From Eutreptiella sp. 'Long Island Sound 2002' (taxonomy: Eukaryota; Protista; Euglenida), in the NCBI GenBank assembly GCA_964036045.1, contig OZ038379.1:66526001-66590000 (forward strand): a DNA stretch of 64,000 bases, read 5' to 3'. Position 1 is the stretch's first letter; each line of letters starts with the position of its first letter. Shown in pieces: positions 62,060 through 64,000 of the stretch. The translations under genes were made by a program, and so were the position numbers. The notes beneath the pieces are model-generated. The model worked only from the letters and a program-made list of their open reading frames with translations, was not told the DNA's origin and did no database searches.

Positions 62060-62982
62060 TCCACCCTGAGCGGGGGAAGGATGGACACAGGAGTGTGTGG
62101 GAGGGAGCGGGGGGGGGGGTGTTGGGAGGGGAGAGGGAGGTGGAATCCTGCACAAGAGGCCACTGGGGTGCATTTTGACACTTGAGCATGGCAATGCTCG
62201 CCGCCGATCCTTGAGCGTCCCCGACCCCTGATGTAGTGTGCCCATGGATAGGCCGTCAAGCCCCTCCGCCTTGCGAGCAAACCGCCATGGACGTAGTGTC
62301 GGGCAACGCTAGCCTTGTGCGTTCCGGGGTCGAGTAGGGGAGGGAGGGGAGGGAGCATCCGTGAAGGCAAGTCCTCCGCGGCAAGGCGTGGCATACACCC
62401 CGACTCCCACGTCTCCGGACCTCAGGAACGGGAAGGGCAGGGGACTTTGGCGGGTATGGAGGGGGTGCTGGATGGGGCTACTGGTTGGGGTGGTGCCGGA
62501 TGGGGGCTATGGTGGTGTGTGGCCCAGGAGGGGGCTGAGGGGGTGTGGGCTGTGGGTGGGGCGAGGGAGGGAGAGGTCACTGCAGTCAGCTTTGCTAGGG
62601 GTCGCTGACTTGTTCCCGTGCCCAGAGCGGCTTGTACTAGGGGGTGTGTGCTCCCTGGGGATGGTGTTTTGCGCTGGAGCACGCGTACACCCGACACGGT
62701 TAGTACACTGCTAGGTAACGGTGCCCAGGCCCTGTCGTGGGGGCTTTGCACCCGGCACCCAGCCCGTGGGTATTTCGCTAGGGAGTGCTCGGGGTGTGGT
62801 ATGGTGTGATGTGGTGTGGCGTGAGGTGGTAGTATGCACTTGATGGGTATGGTGTGATGTATGCTGCAGCATGGGTCATTGGACTGGAATCGTCTGCATT
62901 GAGATGTGGCCACAGTCATTGCTTTAATTTTCGTTATTGTGTGTGGTCAACGTGGAGATGCTAATGTGTGTCGCATCTCCAG

Positions 62983-63120
62983 GTGTGGTATGACCGAAAA
63001 CTGGTGGAGTTGGATGAAGCGGGAATGCAACAGGTGATCACAGATGCTCAATCCACAACACACAACACAGCGTTTGTCTTGGCGCTTGCATTGACTCTGG
63101 AAAAAAACTACCCCAAGCAG
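62983..63120 (+). CDS. Probable internal host-gene exon (46 codons, unknown protein)
   Basis: CATCTCCAG acceptor, open 138-nt phase-0 frame VWYDRKLVELDEAGMQQVITDAQSTTHNTAFVLALALTLEKNYPKQ, CAG|GTAC donor. Confidence 0.55.
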
Positions 63121-63880
63121 GTACATTGGTGCAAATGCTTGCACACATCGCGTCATTGGCCGTGCACAACTGTTATTTATCGGGTCCCAAACACCTTAAG
63201 CCCCAGGTTCCTCGCCCATTTTTCGATATTCCCCACCTTGCACGGCTTCTTTCTAGCAAGTGCAGACAGTCATTCAGCCTAGTCATCATGTGCACTTGAA
63301 GGCACGGTTTCCTCCAATCACGTTGAGATTCTGGTGAGAGTTGTCGTACAATGTGGTGGTATTTCGACCTCGAGCCTCATGCCAATGAGATTCAGTGATC
63401 GCCAGCTAGAGTGGTTGAGGGTCAGGGAGAACGATTGGGGTTGAGCGGTGCTGATCTCTGCGAGTTCCCTGCCGCCGGTGTTGTACCTGTGTTGTACGGA
63501 TTTTGCACCCATGTTGTACCCCAGTTGTATCCATGTTATATGTGTGTGTATATGTGTGTGTATGATCATGTCGAAGGATGTGCTTTGCAGTTGCATGAGA
63601 CCCTGTTACTGAGGTGCACCGGTCGCTCGTGTTAGATCACCTCATTATCCAACGACGACCCCGCCGGAACGCATATTTTAGCACCATCGGTCGCGCAGTC
63701 CTGGTGCGACAGAAGCGCACGTGTACAGGACAGTACAGTGCAGGCACTCAAGGTGGTTTTCATGGCTTTGGCCTGTTCGGATTATGCGCACATGCAATTA
63801 TCTCACCTCCATGGAGCCTCCTGTCCCTTGGTTTTGTGGGTTCTAACCAGCAGTCCACCCTGTCCTCATCTTCCCCGAAG

Positions 63881-64000
63881 GGAATATGCAGAGGCAGGAA
63901 AGTTGTGGGAAGAGCACCCGAAGCTTTTGGGTCGTTCAAGGGGCTTCTACAGAGGCGGGAGTGGGTATCATGTCCAGTAGTGCTGAAAAGTGTGGTCCGA
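63881..64000 (+). CDS. Possible next host exon, running off the window
   Basis: Pyrimidine tract plus AG at 63879-63880; phase-0 frame GICRGRKVVGRAPEAFGSFKGLLQRREWVSCPVVLKSVVR is open to the window end. Confidence 0.3.

Overview
Eukaryotic, repeat-saturated window with no rRNA, tRNA or CRISPR features and no complete host gene. (1) Bases ~3.65-37.9 kb hold a very long, decayed minus-strand non-LTR retrotransposon: an ORF1-like gene, a Ulp1/CE-clan protease-like domain, ~888-bp tandem zinc-finger-like modules, APE endonuclease, RT, a probable RNase H and a CCHC knuckle. Two DNA transposons interrupt it. Element A (8424-15229) encodes a RAG1/Transib/Chapaev-like transposase plus cargo ORFs, including a 2OG-Fe(II) dioxygenase-like protein followed by a Cys/His cluster. 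Element B (16710-21815) encodes a different RAG1-like transposase split by three phase-0 GT-AG introns. (2) Bases 38-47.9 kb hold a ~1.2-kb foldback palindrome, degenerate 72-bp and ~41-bp satellites, and a remnant of a third transposon related to B. (3) Bases 47878-60823 form a 12.9-kb non-coding hAT-type element (perfect 14-bp TIR, perfect 8-bp TSD) filled with a dyad-rich 52-bp satellite and a 10-bp G-rich satellite. (4) One or two probable host exons lie at the right end. All protein family calls come from motif recognition by eye; no database searches were run.
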